A stretch of 64,000 nucleotides of DNA from the human T2T-CHM13v2.0 reference genome, Homo sapiens: the NCBI RefSeq assembly GCF_009914755.1, contig NC_060929.1. The stretch is one strand, 5' to 3'. Position 1 is the first letter of the stretch. Every line of letters begins with the position of its first letter. The notes below the pieces were generated by a model. It made no database searches. It saw only the letters and a list, made by a program, of their open reading frames with translations, and was not told the origin of the DNA. A program made the position numbers and the translations under genes. Positions 1 to 22,490 of the stretch are shown in pieces.

Positions 1-2090
<2,090 letters not shown>

Positions 2091-2666
2091 TTTTTTAAAA
2101 AAAGAAGCATACATGATAAAAGAAAGAAAAGACTTTATAATAGTTGGGAATTTAGGGTACATTTTCCCCTTCTGTTTTGTTTTACTACAATTTGTTTTCA
2201 GGCACTTCTGAATTTGGCAACATTTCCATGATATTACAAACACGCAAGCTGGTTCGAAATAACTATTTCCTATCATTACTTCATATTTTCATAACTTTAG
2301 AGCACTGAGTAAAGGATGTAAAGTGGGGCTTGAAGATATGATTTTTGGGGAATTTCCCAGTCTTGGCTTTGAACATTTAGTTTCTTTCCAAGTTTTCAAT
2401 CTGATAGATCAGAAGAGATATAAGTAGCTGAAAAGGAATTAGTAATGTAAAAATAAAAAAGTGGTAAATAAAAAAGTCTGAAAAATCAGACAAAAATGCT
2501 TGAAGACGCTATTTGCAAAACTGTCCCTGGTGTATTAATCTGTGATTTCTTACCCAAAGTAAGATTTTTCTTTGCTGTTATTTTACTATCATTTATTGGA
2601 GTCTTGAAGGGCCTAAAATGTATACATTATTCCTTCTAACAGCAGCATCCCCTTCTAATTTGTGAG

Positions 2667-3092
2667 TGTGTTGGCCAGGCTTTAATTAGAGAGGAAGAAC
2701 CAGTGTTTTTCATATATATACAAATTTGTTAAAGGAAATGGCTTACAAGATTGTGGGTGCTGGCTAAGCAAGTCCAGAATCAGGAAGGTCATGGGCACAG
2801 ACCACAACTATTGTCTGTGGGCAGCCAGGAGGGAAGAGAATGAGCAGAATGGAACTCCGCAGGCACAAGTACAGCAGATGCCACTGCCCATGGATGGAAT
2901 TTCTTTTCTTTTTCAGGGAAGCTTCAGCTTTTAAGGCCTTTTTAGACTTCTGCTTTTAAAGCTTTTCAACTGATTGAATTGGGCTCACCCAGATCTTTCA
3001 GGATACTCTTAATATCCATCACATCTGCAAAATACCTTCACAGCAGCACCTAGCTTAAATAACTAGAGACTGTCACTGAGCCAAGTTGACAT

Positions 3093-3135
<43 letters not shown>

Positions 3136-3140
3136 ATTAC
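2667..3140. mobile_element. MLT2-like (ERVL) LTR remnant ending in a (CA)n microsatellite at ~3095-3132
   Basis: Resembles MLT2 ends (aaggaaatggcttac...; acatctgcaaaataccttcacagcagcacctag...ccaagttgaca); family assigned from memory. Confidence 0.5.
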
Positions 3141-3844
3141 AGTGGGTTTACCAGTAAATTTCTTCACCAGTTTCCCATAACTGGGCATTTGGTTTACATT
3201 CTTGTTGTTGTTGCTGTTGTGTTTATAGACTTATTTCACATTATACTTACAGAAGCTTCTGTGGGGATTTTTTAGTTTATGGATAAGGACATCAGGACAA
3301 TCAGTTACAGTAAACTGCCTAAGCTGTTCTCTTATGCTGTGTACCCTTAAGAATAAAAGAAATTTTGTTCTTTTTCTGAATCGTTGTCACAGATGGGATG
3401 TGCTCTGTGGAAGCTTAGGAACATCTAAGCTACTGTAATGTACTCTTGCTTAAGTCATTTAAAGATGGACAGAGGTGCTGAGAACTAAGTAAATATGACA
3501 ATAAGAAGCGGGAATGGTAGGGCCTTAGGTGCCCACCTGCAGACTAGAGTGCTCCGTAGGGCCAGGCTGTGCCCCGAGCACATCTGGGGTGTATGGCCGG
3601 TGTCTGATACACATCTCAGAACACAGAGTGGAACAGAAGAGAATCAAAAAGCTGCTTCACCTTCAGCAACAATACATGCCAGTGTTGCTTTTCCATAGGA
3701 ATAAAAAGTGATGAATCTAAAATTACATGATATTTTGCTGTAAATAGCAGCTATTTTTATTATCTGCTAATAATAGAATGAAGATAAAATACATTTAACT
3801 TTTGCATTAAAAAAAATGTCCCTGGTGCACTTATCAACATATGA

Positions 3845-4054
<210 letters not shown>

Positions 4055-5964
4055 TAGAGATGGGGTTTTGGCAGGTTGCCCAGGCTGGGAAATATTTATT
4101 TTTATTTATTGGTTTCACTAACTCTCTATCCAGTTGCTTTTGACCACATCATCTGCCAACAACGGGGCTTAACTTGTGTTCTGGGATGCTCTTATTATGG
4201 GGTTGAGGAGAGGAGAGACTTTGATGCTACCTTGGGCCTTTCCATCTGTAATTCAACTCCCCACCTCACCCTTCAATGCAGTCAGAAGGCCCCCTCAGAC
4301 TTACGGGGCTCCTGGGAGCTGTAGGATCCGTAGAGCCCCTTGCCACACACGCTGGGTCCCGGGCCCCTCAGGAGGGTCAGGCCCTGGGCAGGACATGGTG
4401 AGAGTGAGCAGACAGCAGGCCCTGTGGAGGAAAGGGTGGACTCAGGCCAAATGCCTAGCGGGGATGGGGTGACAGATACTCTCCTGCCCTCACCTGCCTT
4501 CACCTGCGGTGGCCTGCAAGTACAGCTCTGAGGCAGCTTTTGAGTCAGACACCTCCACTTCAGTGGCATCTTCTACCACCCTGGAGGAAGCAGAGGCTGA
4601 GCTCAGCTCCGAAGCACCAGGGTTCTGTCCAGACCCCCAGAACCTCCATGTGGGGAGCCCTTGGAGGTCCCCATAGCCTATAACCTCCCTAAACATTTCT
4701 CATCCTCATGATTTTATTTTCCCTCCTGTGAACAGGGTAGTTGAGATCACTCCCATTTTCAGATGGAGAAACTGAAGTCCTGCTCAGTGAGATGCTCAAA
4801 ATCACCCAGTGTGACAATGACTGAGTCAGGACATGGGGCTGGGGAATAGAGTTGAGGTGGTGTAAGTTGAAGAGTTGTAAGTGGGGTGAGGGGAGTGAGA
4901 GGGATGGGCACATAAGATTAAGGAAGAGGGTGGGAGGGGATCCTGAGAGCAGCCCCTGACCCTGTAAGCATGACCCCAAGCTCAGAGCTTTCTTCCCCTG
5001 GGATGGCAGTGGGTGGAGACCCCCAAAAGCTCGGCTTCAGGGAGGCAGCCATGCCTTAAGACAAGCACCCTCAGACTCCACTGGGCCCTGAACACTCACA
5101 AGCCCAGAGGGGACACGTCCAGCACCGACAGGTTCTCCACCCCTGGAGAGAGCAGGTCCTGGGTCCTTCCACTGGGGCTGAACTGGGGTCACACAAGCAC
5201 ACTTGTTACAAACTGAACCTTTCCCTACTTTCAGCTCACATGATCCTCCTGGGGTCCAAACATGGCACCATGAATTCAGCCTTTTTGCAGTCAGAGGAGA
5301 GGAGACCTCAGAGAGGCACGCCCATGCCAGTGAGCAGTAGAGTGAGACTGGACACACACTCTCTGGCTCCCCACAAACCTCGGGCTCCTTCTGCAACATT
5401 GCCCTGGCCCTGGTTCCCAGGTCCCACTCTCTCCCCTCCCTCAAGGGTCTCACCTGCACCAGGCTAAGAGTGCTAAGCACAGGATCAGAGCAGCTGAGGG
5501 GCAGAGCTTCTTCAAACAGCATCTGCAGCAGCTAAAGTGGAGAAGCGTTCAATGAGGATTAAGAAAGCATGAATCTGTCCTTCAGCATTTCCTGAGCATG
5601 AAGTCTGAGTCATGCCCCATACTACTGGGGACATGGTATCCAGGAGAGAAATAGCACCAGTCTTCTTCTTCACAGCAAGCCAGAAAGTGAGCAGACATCC
5701 TCAGTGGGATCTGCTGTTTGCTGCACAGGGATCCACGACAAGTTCTGAGGCAGCTATTTTGGTTTGGGGGCATTTTGACGAAGCCCCCACAATAAAGCTT
5801 CCAAGCTTATAATTAGTATTCACCATGAACTGTGAAAATCAGATCTCCCTGGATATTTGATCTTTTCATGCCACCCCTCTCTAACCCTCACCCTATCAGC
5901 CCATCTTCCTTTATTTTATTTTTTAATTAAAAAAAAAATTTTTTGTTTTGCCTTTTTTTTTTTT

Positions 5965-7177
5965 GGTATACTTTTGGCTTTATTTCCAGCTTTTAAAAAA
6001 AATTTTATTATTATTACACTTTAAGTTTTAGGGTACATGTGCACAATGTGCAGGTTAGTTACATATGTATACATGTGCCATGCTGGTGTGCTGCACCCAT
6101 TAACTCGTCATTTAGCATTAGGTATATCTCCCAGTGCTATCCCTCCCCCCTCCCCCCACCCCACAACAGTCCCCAGAGTGTGATGTTCCCCTTCCTGTGT
6201 CCATGTGATCTCATTGTTCAATTCCCACCTATGAGTGAGAATATGCGGTGTTTGGTTTTTTGTCCTTGCGATAGTTTACTGAGAATGATGATTTCCAATT
6301 TCATCCATGTCCCTACAAAGGACATGAACTCATCATTTTTTATGGCTGCATAGTATTCCATGGTGTATATGTGCCACATTTTCTTAATCCAGTCTATCAT
6401 TGTTGGACATTTGGGTTGGTTCCAAGTCTTTGCTATTGTGAATAGAGCCGCAATAAACATACGTGTGCATGTGTCTTTATAGCAGCATGATTTATAGTCC
6501 TTTGGGTATATACCCAGTAATGGGATGGATGGGTCAAATGGTATTTCTAGTTCTAGATCCCTGAGGAATCGCCCCACTGACTTCCACAATGGTCGAACTA
6601 GTTTACAGTCCCACCAACAGTGTAAAAGTGTTCCTATTTCTCCACATCCTCTCCAGCACCTTGAGCTGTGGTGAGCTCCACCCAGTTCCAGCTTCCCTGC
6701 TACTTTGTTTACCTAAGCAAGCCTGGGCAATGGCGGGCGCCCCTCCCCCAGCCTCGCTGCCGCCTTGCAGTTTGATCTCAGACTGCTGTGCTAGCAATCA
6801 GCGAGACTCCGTGGGCATAGGACCCTCCGAGCCAGGTGCGGGATGTAATCTTCTGGTGCCCCGTTTTTTAAGCCCGTCAGAAAAGCGCAGTATTGGAGCG
6901 GGAGTGACCCGATTTTCCAGGTGCCGTGTGTCACCCCTTTCTTTGACTAGGAAAGGGAACTCCCTGACCCCTTGCGCTTCCCGAGTGAGGCAATGCCTCG
7001 CCCTGCTTTGGCTCACGCACGGTGTGCTGCACCCACTGTCCTGCGCCCACTGTCTGACACTCCCTAGTGAGATGAACCCGGTACCTCAGATGGAAATGCA
7101 GAAATCACCCGTCTTCTGCGTCGCTCACGCTGGGAGCTGTAGACCTGAGCTGTTCGTATTCGGCCATCTTGACTCCC
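5965..7177 (-). mobile_element. L1PA element with large internal deletion (5'UTR fused to ORF2 end/3'UTR) and short 3' transduction
   Basis: 7177-6661 is L1 5'UTR (caagatggccgaata...cacagctcaag); 6660-6003 is the ORF2 C-terminus and 3'UTR (ORF 6218-6589, CCYKDTCTRMFIAALF); apparent TSD gcc(t)10 at 5950 and 7185. Confidence 0.9.
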
Positions 7178-7187
7178 GAAAAACGCC

Positions 7188-7514
<327 letters not shown>

Positions 7515-9119
7515 TAAATTGACCTTGGCAAAACATCTTGCGTGGACCAACAGGATGCTTGCTGTAGGAGCCCCAGTGAGGGCTGATGTGGGGAGGGAAG
7601 ATTCTCAGAAGTCTCCGGGGAAGGTAACCCCTGAGCTGCATGAGGCCTGCGCCCTGGTGGCTCCTCTGGGACTCACCTGAGGCACAAGTCGGGGTGCCTC
7701 TGTTTCCCTCCCCCGGAGCAACAGGGCCACACTGTACCCTCGGCCCAGAGAGCCCAGTGTGGATTGGACACGTGCCAGCAGCTCCTGCTCTGCCTCCTGC
7801 AGGGACACACAGGCACAGTCCACTGACTCAGGTGCCCTGAGCAAAGGAGCTCTGGAGGCAGCTGGCACTCCAGGATCCAGGGGCCTGAGGGCTCCCACCC
7901 TCCTCTCATCACCCTCCCAGACCTCCCTACCTGAGCAGCATCAGGGCCCAGGACTGTCAAAGGTGAAGTTTTGTTCCTGTGGGCAGGGCTGGGGTCAACC
8001 ATGATATTCCCATCTTCCCCTGCACTCCCCGCCCCACTCCCCTCCCCCCCACCCCCCACCCCAACACACACACAACGCCCATCCACCTGAGTCTCTAGAG
8101 TCCCAAAATGAAGCAAACAGAGGTTTGTGGGCCCCACCAGGTGTGTGGGGCTACAGCTGTCCTCAGGGCCTGAGAAAGGTAGACTGCATATCAGCTCTCA
8201 TGAGGAAAACTGGCTCTGGGATTCCTGAGTTCTGCCCTCAAACTTTGCCTCAGTTTTCCAACCTAAGGTGGCCTAACCCTCCCCCTCTTCCAAGAGGCTG
8301 TCCTGGACTGCATTCCTTCGGAGTATAAATGGGGAGGGCATCTTACCTGAACCCCTCCCCGACTCCACTTCTACCACCACGGTCAGCATGGCATGTGGGT
8401 TGGGAGAGACCATGAGGGCCCCTCAAGGAGGCTGAGTTGCCTGGGCCAAACCAGCCCCTGCGCTCACCACCTCTCCACAGTCCATGCCCTCTATGCCTCT
8501 CAGCTTCCCCTCAATAATTCATGAATCTCATCTGAGGGCTAGGGAGGGGTGGATCTGGACCTCGTAACCTACTAAGGGAAGTGACATTCCCTTCTCTTGT
8601 GAGAGAACACTGCATAAGTTTCTTTTATTTTTTTCCTTTTATGAAAACTTTCAAACATGTATAACACTGGAGAGAATAGTATAATGAACCTCCAGGTACC
8701 CAGCTTCAGAAATTACCAAATTCTGGCCAGTCTTACTTCTTTTGTTCTCCTCCCATCCCCAGCGGATTATTTTGAAGCAAATCTCAGACATCCCAGTATT
8801 TTATCCATAACTAGTTCAGTATACCACAGTTAATTTTAGAACGTTTCCATCACTTCATAAGGAAATTTGGTTCCCTTTAGCTATTGCCTCCCTAACCCAA
8901 GCCCACTGCACCCTCCAACCCTAAGCAACCACTCTTCTATTTTCTGCCTTTACAGATTAGCCAATTCTGGACATTTCATATAAATAGAATTATACACTGT
9001 GTGGCCTTTTGTGTCTGTTTTTTTCCATTTAGCATTATATTTTCAGTGTTCATCTACGTTGTAGCATGTCTGAGTACTTCTTCCCTTTCTACTGTGGATA
9101 ATGTTTCATAATAGAGTTC

Positions 9120-10519
9120 TGTCACCAACCTCCTGGAGTTTGGCCAAGTTTCACCATAAAGGGCATTGTCCTCCGTGAGACTGCACTTCTGAGAACAGTC
9201 TCAAGTTAAGAGGTCCCCAGGCCTTCCTCACTCCAGATGTCTACAGGTTTTGGTGTTCCACTACTCCTTCAGGCTTGACAATTCACTAGAACAGCTCGCA
9301 GAACTCAAGTAAGTGCTACAGTTACTGTGTCTGACACTAATTCTCTCACACCAGCTGAGGGTCCTATGATTCAATTCAACTCTGATACTGACTACCTGGA
9401 GTTAGTGTCAGGTCCTGTGAGTTAAAATACAAGGTCCCCAACAAGACTGACCTTAATTCAAATGCCAGCTGCAAGTGGGATCACCAGGCTACTCACACAT
9501 TTGTCTGACTTGGCTACAGATTCAGGGGTTTCCCATGACCCCACCCCAGATTCAGTAATTCACTTGAATGACTCGCAGAACTCAGAGAAGTGCTTACTAT
9601 TACCTTTTTATTATAAAGGATACAAATGAATAGTCATATGAAGAGGAATAAAGGGAAAGGTTTGGAAAGGTCTTCGGTGCAGGAGCTTCTGTCCCTGTGG
9701 AGTCAGGGTCCATCACCCTCCTGGTATATCAGCGTCTTCACTAATTGGAAAGCTCCCTGAGGTTCATTGTCCAGAGTTTCCATGAAGGTTTCATTATGCA
9801 GGCATAATTGAGTAAATCACTGGCTGCATGATTGAACTCAATTCCAGCCCCATTCCCCTCCCTGAAGTCAGGGGGAGGGACTAAGAATGCCAACCCTCTA
9901 GTCACATGGATGGCCCTTCTCCATCTCATAGTCATCTAGAGGCCCTGCCAAGAATCACCTTGCAGAACAGTTATGCTGGTGGCCTTGAACTGACCCAGTT
10001 CTCTCTTTTTTGCTTGTAGTTCTCAAAAATAACTAGAATATTCTGTGAATGCAACATCCAGTGATAAGGAGCGACTGGCTGGAACAGCCTGGGCTCTGTT
10101 CCAGTCCCCCCTAGAAACAGGATGTCCTTCAACACTTTAGCCCAGCATGTCATGTTACCCCTGGGGTATAAAGCCCAGGGTGGGCTGCTATCCAGGGTCC
10201 CTCAGCTGCGGCGCAAGTGGAGTATGTACAAACAAAGCTTCATCTACCTTGGTAACTTTCCTGAGCCTTGGAAGACCAGCTCAACATGAATCCTAGGCTT
10301 CTGCTGTCCTTTGCTGTCTTTCTGTAAGTAATAAAACTACTTCATGTAATTTGTGTGAGGGTGTTGTGTCTCACCAGCCTCAGATAAGTTGGTAACCAGT
10401 GCAGAGTAAACCTGCCTTGCACAACTCATTAGCATAACAGGCTCCTATAATTCTAAAGATTTTTGAAGCTCTGTGCCAGGAACTGGGGTTGAAGACCAGA
10501 CATATTCTTTATTATATCA

Positions 10520-10520
<1 letters not shown>
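9120..10520 (-). mobile_element. MER21-like LTR with a nested ~460 bp solo LTR (~9961-10423)
   Basis: MER21-like motifs with an internal repeat (aattcact...ctcgcagaactca twice); nested element has TATAAA, AATAAA and TG..CA ends; family names from memory. Confidence 0.55.
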
Positions 10521-14995
<4,475 letters not shown>

Positions 14996-15102
14996 TATTT
15001 TTTTGAGACAGAGTCTCGTTCTGTCACCCAGGCTGGGGTGCAGTGACACAATCTCAGAACTATGGTAATATAATGCTCCCTTCCTTATAAGGATGACGTA
15101 AA

Positions 15103-15272
15103 GCAGTGTTTCTCAAAGTGTATTCCCTGTGCCAGCAGTCTCAGCATCTCCTGATAATTGAATTAAAAGGCAAATTTCAGGCGTCACCATACCTGTTGAA
15201 TCAGAAACTCTGGTTTCTGTGTTTTAAGACTTCTAGGAGATTCCAGTGGAGTCTAGACTTTGAGAACAACTG
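15103..15272. mobile_element. MER5A-like DNA transposon MITE
   Basis: Terminal inverted repeats cagtgtttctcaaagt ... actttgagaacaactg; internal ctgttgaatcagaaactctgg. Confidence 0.7.
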
Positions 15273-16005
15273 TTGATGAGATTAAGTGAGTTAATAATAA
15301 GCTTTAGGACAGTGCCTGGCACATACTAAGCAGTATATTCATGAATATTTTTAAGCGAATACAATAAAATATGGTCAACATATAGAAAGTTTAATTTAGG
15401 CAACAAGATGTTGCCCATGCTGTTTCCCCAAGAAATAAATCCTGCTTAATTCCTTGTCCAAAGGCATCAACATGGACTGCCAAACCCCTCATCATGTGGC
15501 TTCTGCCTTCCTTTCCTACTATTTCTATTCTCCATATACACTAGGTCTCCAACTTTTCTAGTACTCAGTATGAGAATTGCTTACTCACACCTCCAAGGCT
15601 TTGCCTATTCTGTTCCCTCTGCATGGTTCCTTCTCTTCCTTTTTAAAAAAGAACCTCTTTTCTCTCACTTCCTACACTTGCAATCTCCCGAATTCCTACA
15701 TCTCCCTCAAAACCCAGCTCCAGTGTCACCTCTGTGATGACCTCACTGCTGTCCAGTCAGAGCCAGGCATTTGCTAGGCCTCAACACCGCCCTACACATC
15801 CCACTTATAGTACTTAGAGCAGTTTGTAACTGTTTACAGTTTCATTTCGTCTTTTTGAATTTCTTAATTGAGGTGAAATTCATGTTACATATAATTAGTC
15901 ATTTTAAAGTGTGGCTGGGAGTGGTGGCTCACACCTGTAATCCCAGCACTTTTCAGAGGCTGAGGCACGTGGATCACTTGAGGTCAGGAGTTTGAGACCA
16001 GCCTA

Positions 16006-16324
<319 letters not shown>

Positions 16325-16701
16325 TGAGGTCAGGAGTTTGAGACTAGCCTGGCCACATGGTGAAACCCCGTCTCTACTAATAATACAAAAATTAGCCAGG
16401 GTGAGCCGAGATAGTGCCGCTGCACTCCAGCCTGGGAAACAAGAGTGAAATTCTGTCTCAAAAAAAAAAAAGTGTATGATTCAGTGGTATTTAGTGTATT
16501 CGCACTGTTGTGCAACCATCACTTCTTTCTAGTTTCAAAACTTTTCCATCATGCCCAAAACACATGCCATACCCATTAAGTAATCACTTCCCATTCCTCT
16601 CTCTCCCCTCCCCAGGTGACCACTAAGCAGTTTTCTGTCTTTATGAATTTGCCTATTCTGGATATATTATATAAAAGAAGGCAAACAATAACAACATGTG
16701 A

Positions 16702-17070
<369 letters not shown>

Positions 17071-17649
17071 TAAAGTTCATCCAAGTTGTGGCATGTATCA
17101 ATATTTGGGGTTTTTTTTTTGCTGTATAATATTCCATTAAATGTACATATCACAATTTATTTATCCATCATCTGTTGATGAGCATTTGGGTTATTTTCAC
17201 CATTCGGTTATTATGAATACTGCTGCTATAAACATTTGTGTGCAAGTTTCTGTGTAGATATATGTTTTCATTTCTCTTGAGTATATACTAAGGAGTAGAA
17301 TTGATGGGTCATATGGTAATTATATGTTTAACTTTTTGAGGAACTGCTAGCTGTTTCCAGAGTAGCTGCACCATTTTACTTTCCCAATAGCAAGGTATGA
17401 GAGTTCCTGTTTTTCCACATCCTCACCAACACTTGTTATTTTATTTAAAAAATTTATCATTATAGCAGTATGGTGAGTGTGTAGTGATATCTCATTGTGC
17501 CTTTAATTTGCGTTCCCTTTATGATCAATGATGTTGAACATCTTTTCACATGCTTGTTAGCCATTTGTATAGCCTATGTGGAGAAATAGCCATTCAAGTT
17601 GCTTGCCTTATTAAAAACTGGATTGAGACCAGCCTGGGCAACATAGCTA

Positions 17650-17946
<297 letters not shown>

Positions 17947-18769
17947 TCAAAGGCTGTCTTTTCACTTTCTTGATAGTGTCCTTTGATGCACCAAAGTTTT
18001 TAATCTCTATGAAGTCCAATTTATCACTTTTTTTTGTTGCTCATGCTTTTGGTGTCACATCTAAGAATTCATTGCCAAATCAGAGGTCATGAAGATTAAT
18101 CCCTAGGTTTTCTTCTAACAGTTTCATAGCTTTAGTTCTGTTATTTAAGTTGTTAATCTATTTTGAGTTAATTTTTGTATATGGAGAGAGGTAATGGTCT
18201 AGTGTCATTTCTCTTTTTTTTTTTTTTTTGCATATTAGCTACCCAGTTTTCTCAGCATTATTTTTGAAGAGATTTCTTTTTTCCATTGAATAATCTTGGC
18301 TTCATTATCAAAAATCAGTTGGTTATAGATGTTTGGGTTATTTCCAGGCTCTAATCCTATACAGTTGTTCTGTGTCAATATTAAGTCTTCCAATGCATAA
18401 ACATTGAAGGGATGTCTTTCCATTTATTTAGGTCTTCTTTAATTTATTTCAGCAATGTTTTCTAGTTTTCATTTTATAAGGTTTTAACCTCTTTGGTAAT
18501 TGTATTCCAAGGAATTTTATTCTTTTTGAAAACATGTAAATGAAATTATTCTCTTAATTTCCTTTCTGGATTTTAAATTGCTATTGCATAGAAACAACTA
18601 ATTTTTGTGTGTTGATCTTGTAGTCTGAAACTGCTTAATTTATTATCCCCAATAGTTTTTTTGTGAATTCTATGAGACTTTCTATTTATAGAATCATATC
18701 ATATGCAAATACAATTTTACTTCTTCCTTTCCAAATTGGATGCCTTTATTTATTTATTTTTCTTGCCTA

Positions 18770-19205
<436 letters not shown>

Positions 19206-21233
19206 TTAAGTAAGATTGGCATTAAGTCTTTTTAATATTTGGTAGAATTCACCAGTGAAGCTATCTGGTCTTGAACTTTTTTTTGTTGTGAGATTTTTGG
19301 TTACTGATTCAATCTCTTGTTATAAATATGTTGTTGAGGCAGTTTTGGCAATAAGTGTGTCCTAGGAATTTGTCCATTTCATCTAGATTACCTAATTTGT
19401 TGGCATATCGTGTTCAAAATATTTTCTTTCAATCGTTTTAATTTCTGTAAGGTCAGTAGTAATGTTCCACTTTAATTAACCTTCCTTCTTCCTTCCCTCC
19501 CTCCCTCCCCCTTCCCCCCCTTCTTTTCCTTCCCTTTCCTTTCCTTTTCCTTTTCCCCTTCCTTCCTTCCTTCCTCCCTCTCTCTTTCTTTCCTCTTTTT
19601 TTTTTTCCAGGGTCTCATTCTGTCACCCAGGCTGGAGTGCAGTGGTGTGCGGCCTTGAACTCCTGGGCTCAAGCACTCCTCCTGCCTTAGCCTCCCAAGT
19701 AGTTAGGACCACAGATGTGTGCCACCAGGCCTGGCTAAATAAACAAAAAAATTGTAGAGATGGGGTCTGTCTATGTTGCCCAGGCTGGTACTTTCATTTC
19801 TGATTTTAGTTATTTGTACTTTCTTTTTTTTCTCAGACTAAAGGTTTGTCAATTTTGTTGATCTTTTAAAAGAACCAACTCTTGGTTTTACCGATTTTCT
19901 ATTTTTTCCATTCCTTATTTTGTTTATCTATGCTCTAATTTTTAATTTTAATTCTGGCAATATATACATAGTCATGCACCACATAATAATGTTTTGGTCA
20001 AACTTGAACAGTATAAACAAGGGTGGTCCCATTAGATTATAATGGAGCAGAAAAATCTCTATTGCCCAGCTGGGTGTGGTGGCTCACGCCTGTAATCCTA
20101 GCACTTTGGGAGGCCGAGGCAGGCAGATTGCCCAAGCTCAGGAGTTCGAGACCAGCCTGGGCAACACGGTGAAACCCTGTCTCTACTAAAATACAAAAGA
20201 AATTAACTGGGCATGGTGGCATGCGCCTGTAGTCCCAGCTACTCGGGAGGCTGAAGATGACAGCTCCATGCTTATTAATTGCCCCTGAAGACCTTCCAGT
20301 GGGACAAGATGTGGGGGTGGAATACAATGATGTTGATGAGCTTGACTCTGTGTAGGCCCGGGCTAATGTGTGTGGTTTGTGTCTTAGTTTTTAACAAAAT
20401 AGTTTAAAAAGTAAAAAAAAAAAAAAATAATAATAATAATAGAAAAAACCTTATAGACTACTGTTTAAAATAAAATTTGCTATTTTGGCCATTTTTAAGT
20501 GTATAATAAATACAGTGGTATTAATTGCATTCACAATATTGTGCAACCATTGCTACTATTTACAATGCTTTTCATCATCCTAAACAGAAACTCTGTACCC
20601 ATTATGCAATAACTCCCTGTCTCCTCTCCCTCTAGAACCCATTAACCTTTAATCTACTTACCATCTGACTAAGCTTACCTATTATAGATACTCAGCATAA
20701 GTGGAATCATACAATATTTGCCTTTTTGTGTCTGGCTTATTTCACTTAGCATAATGTTGTCAAGGTTTATCTATGTTGTAACATGTATCAGACGTCATTA
20801 CTTTCTGTGGCTAAATAATATTCCGTTGTCTGTGTATACCACATTTTATGTATTCATTTATCCACTAGTGGACACTTGAATCATTTCCATGTTTTAGCTA
20901 TAGTGTATAGTGTTGATATGAACATTTTGGTACAAAATTTTGTTTGGATATGCCTTTCCAATTCTTTTGGGTATATAATGAGGAGTACAATTATTGGATT
21001 ATATGGTAAAATTAATTATATATTTAACTTTTTGACAAACTGCTAAATTATTTTCCACAGTGGCTGTACCATATCACATTCCCACCGAAAATTTATGAGG
21101 GTTCCTTCTTCTCCACCTTCTTGCCAACACTTGTTTCCAATTTTTTTTATTGTTGTTGATTAGTGCTATACTAGTGAGTGTGAAGTGGTATCTCATTGTG
21201 GCTTTTCTATTTTCTTTTTTTTTTTTTTTCTGA

Positions 21234-21341
<108 letters not shown>

Positions 21342-22490
21342 TAGCTGGGATTACAGGCACTCACCACCAGGCCTGGCTAATTTTTGTATTTTTGGTAAAG
21401 ACAGGGTTTCGCTATGTTGGCCAGGCTGGTCTCGAAATCCTGACCTGAAATGATCTGCCCGCCTCGGCCTCTCCAAGTGCTGGGATTACATGCGTGAGCC
21501 ACTGCGCCCAGCCTCTCATTGTGTTTTTGGTTTGCATTACCTTAATGGCCAATGATTTTGAGCATCTTTTCTTATGTTTGTTAGTCATTTATTATAATTT
21601 CTTTGTGGCAATGTTCAGTCAAGTTCTTTGCCCAGGTTTTAATTTGCCTGTTTGTTTTTGGTATTTTACTAATGAATAATAATGTTGAGCATCTTTTCAT
21701 GGACTTTCAGGCATTTGTGTGCCTTTGGAGAAATGGCTATTCAAGCCCTTTTCCCATATTTTTACTTGATTTGTTTGCCTTTTTGTTGCCGAGTTGTAGG
21801 AATCCTATATAAACTCTGGGTAGTAAACCATTACCAGGTATATAATTTGCAACATTTTCTCCCATTTTGTAGGTTGTCTTTTCACTTTATTTGGTAATGC
21901 CTTTTGATGCACAAAAGCTTTTAATTTTGAATTCCAGTTTATTATTATTTATTTTGTTGCTCAGGCTTTTGGAGTCATATCTAATAATCCACTGCTAAAT
22001 CAAAGGCCACAAAGATTAGTTTCTGTGTTTTCTTCTAAGAGCTTTATGGTTTTGGCTCTTACATTTAGGTAATCAATTAATGTGGAATTAATTTTTGTAT
22101 ATGATTTGAGGTAAGGGTCCAACTTCATACATCTGCATATGGATATCCAGGTGTCCCTTTGCCATTAGTTGAAACTAGTGTTTCCTTACTGGATGTTCTT
22201 GACAACCTTGTCAAAATAAGTTTCCCATAGACATGTGGGTATATTTCTGAACTCTCACTTCTATTCCATTGATCTGTCTGCTTATCCTTATGCTACTACC
22301 ACACTGTCTTAGTTACTGTTGCTTTGCAATAATGTTTTGAAATCAGGAAGTGTGAGTCCTCCAACTTTGCTCTTCTTTTACAAGGTTGTTTTATCTATTC
22401 TGCACCCATTGAACTTCTATATAAACTTTACAATTAGCTTGTCAATTTCTATAAAGAAACCAGCTAGGATTCTTATAAGACTTTCATTGA

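Noticed and set aside
6655-6666. L1 junction as a canonical spliced L1
   Set aside because: The acceptor side fits AG, but the recalled 5'UTR consensus has GA, not GT, after the breakpoint; microhomology explains it better
9270-9600. Repeated aattcact...ctcgcagaactca motif
   Set aside because: Most likely the internal duplication of the MER21-like LTR rather than a separate array
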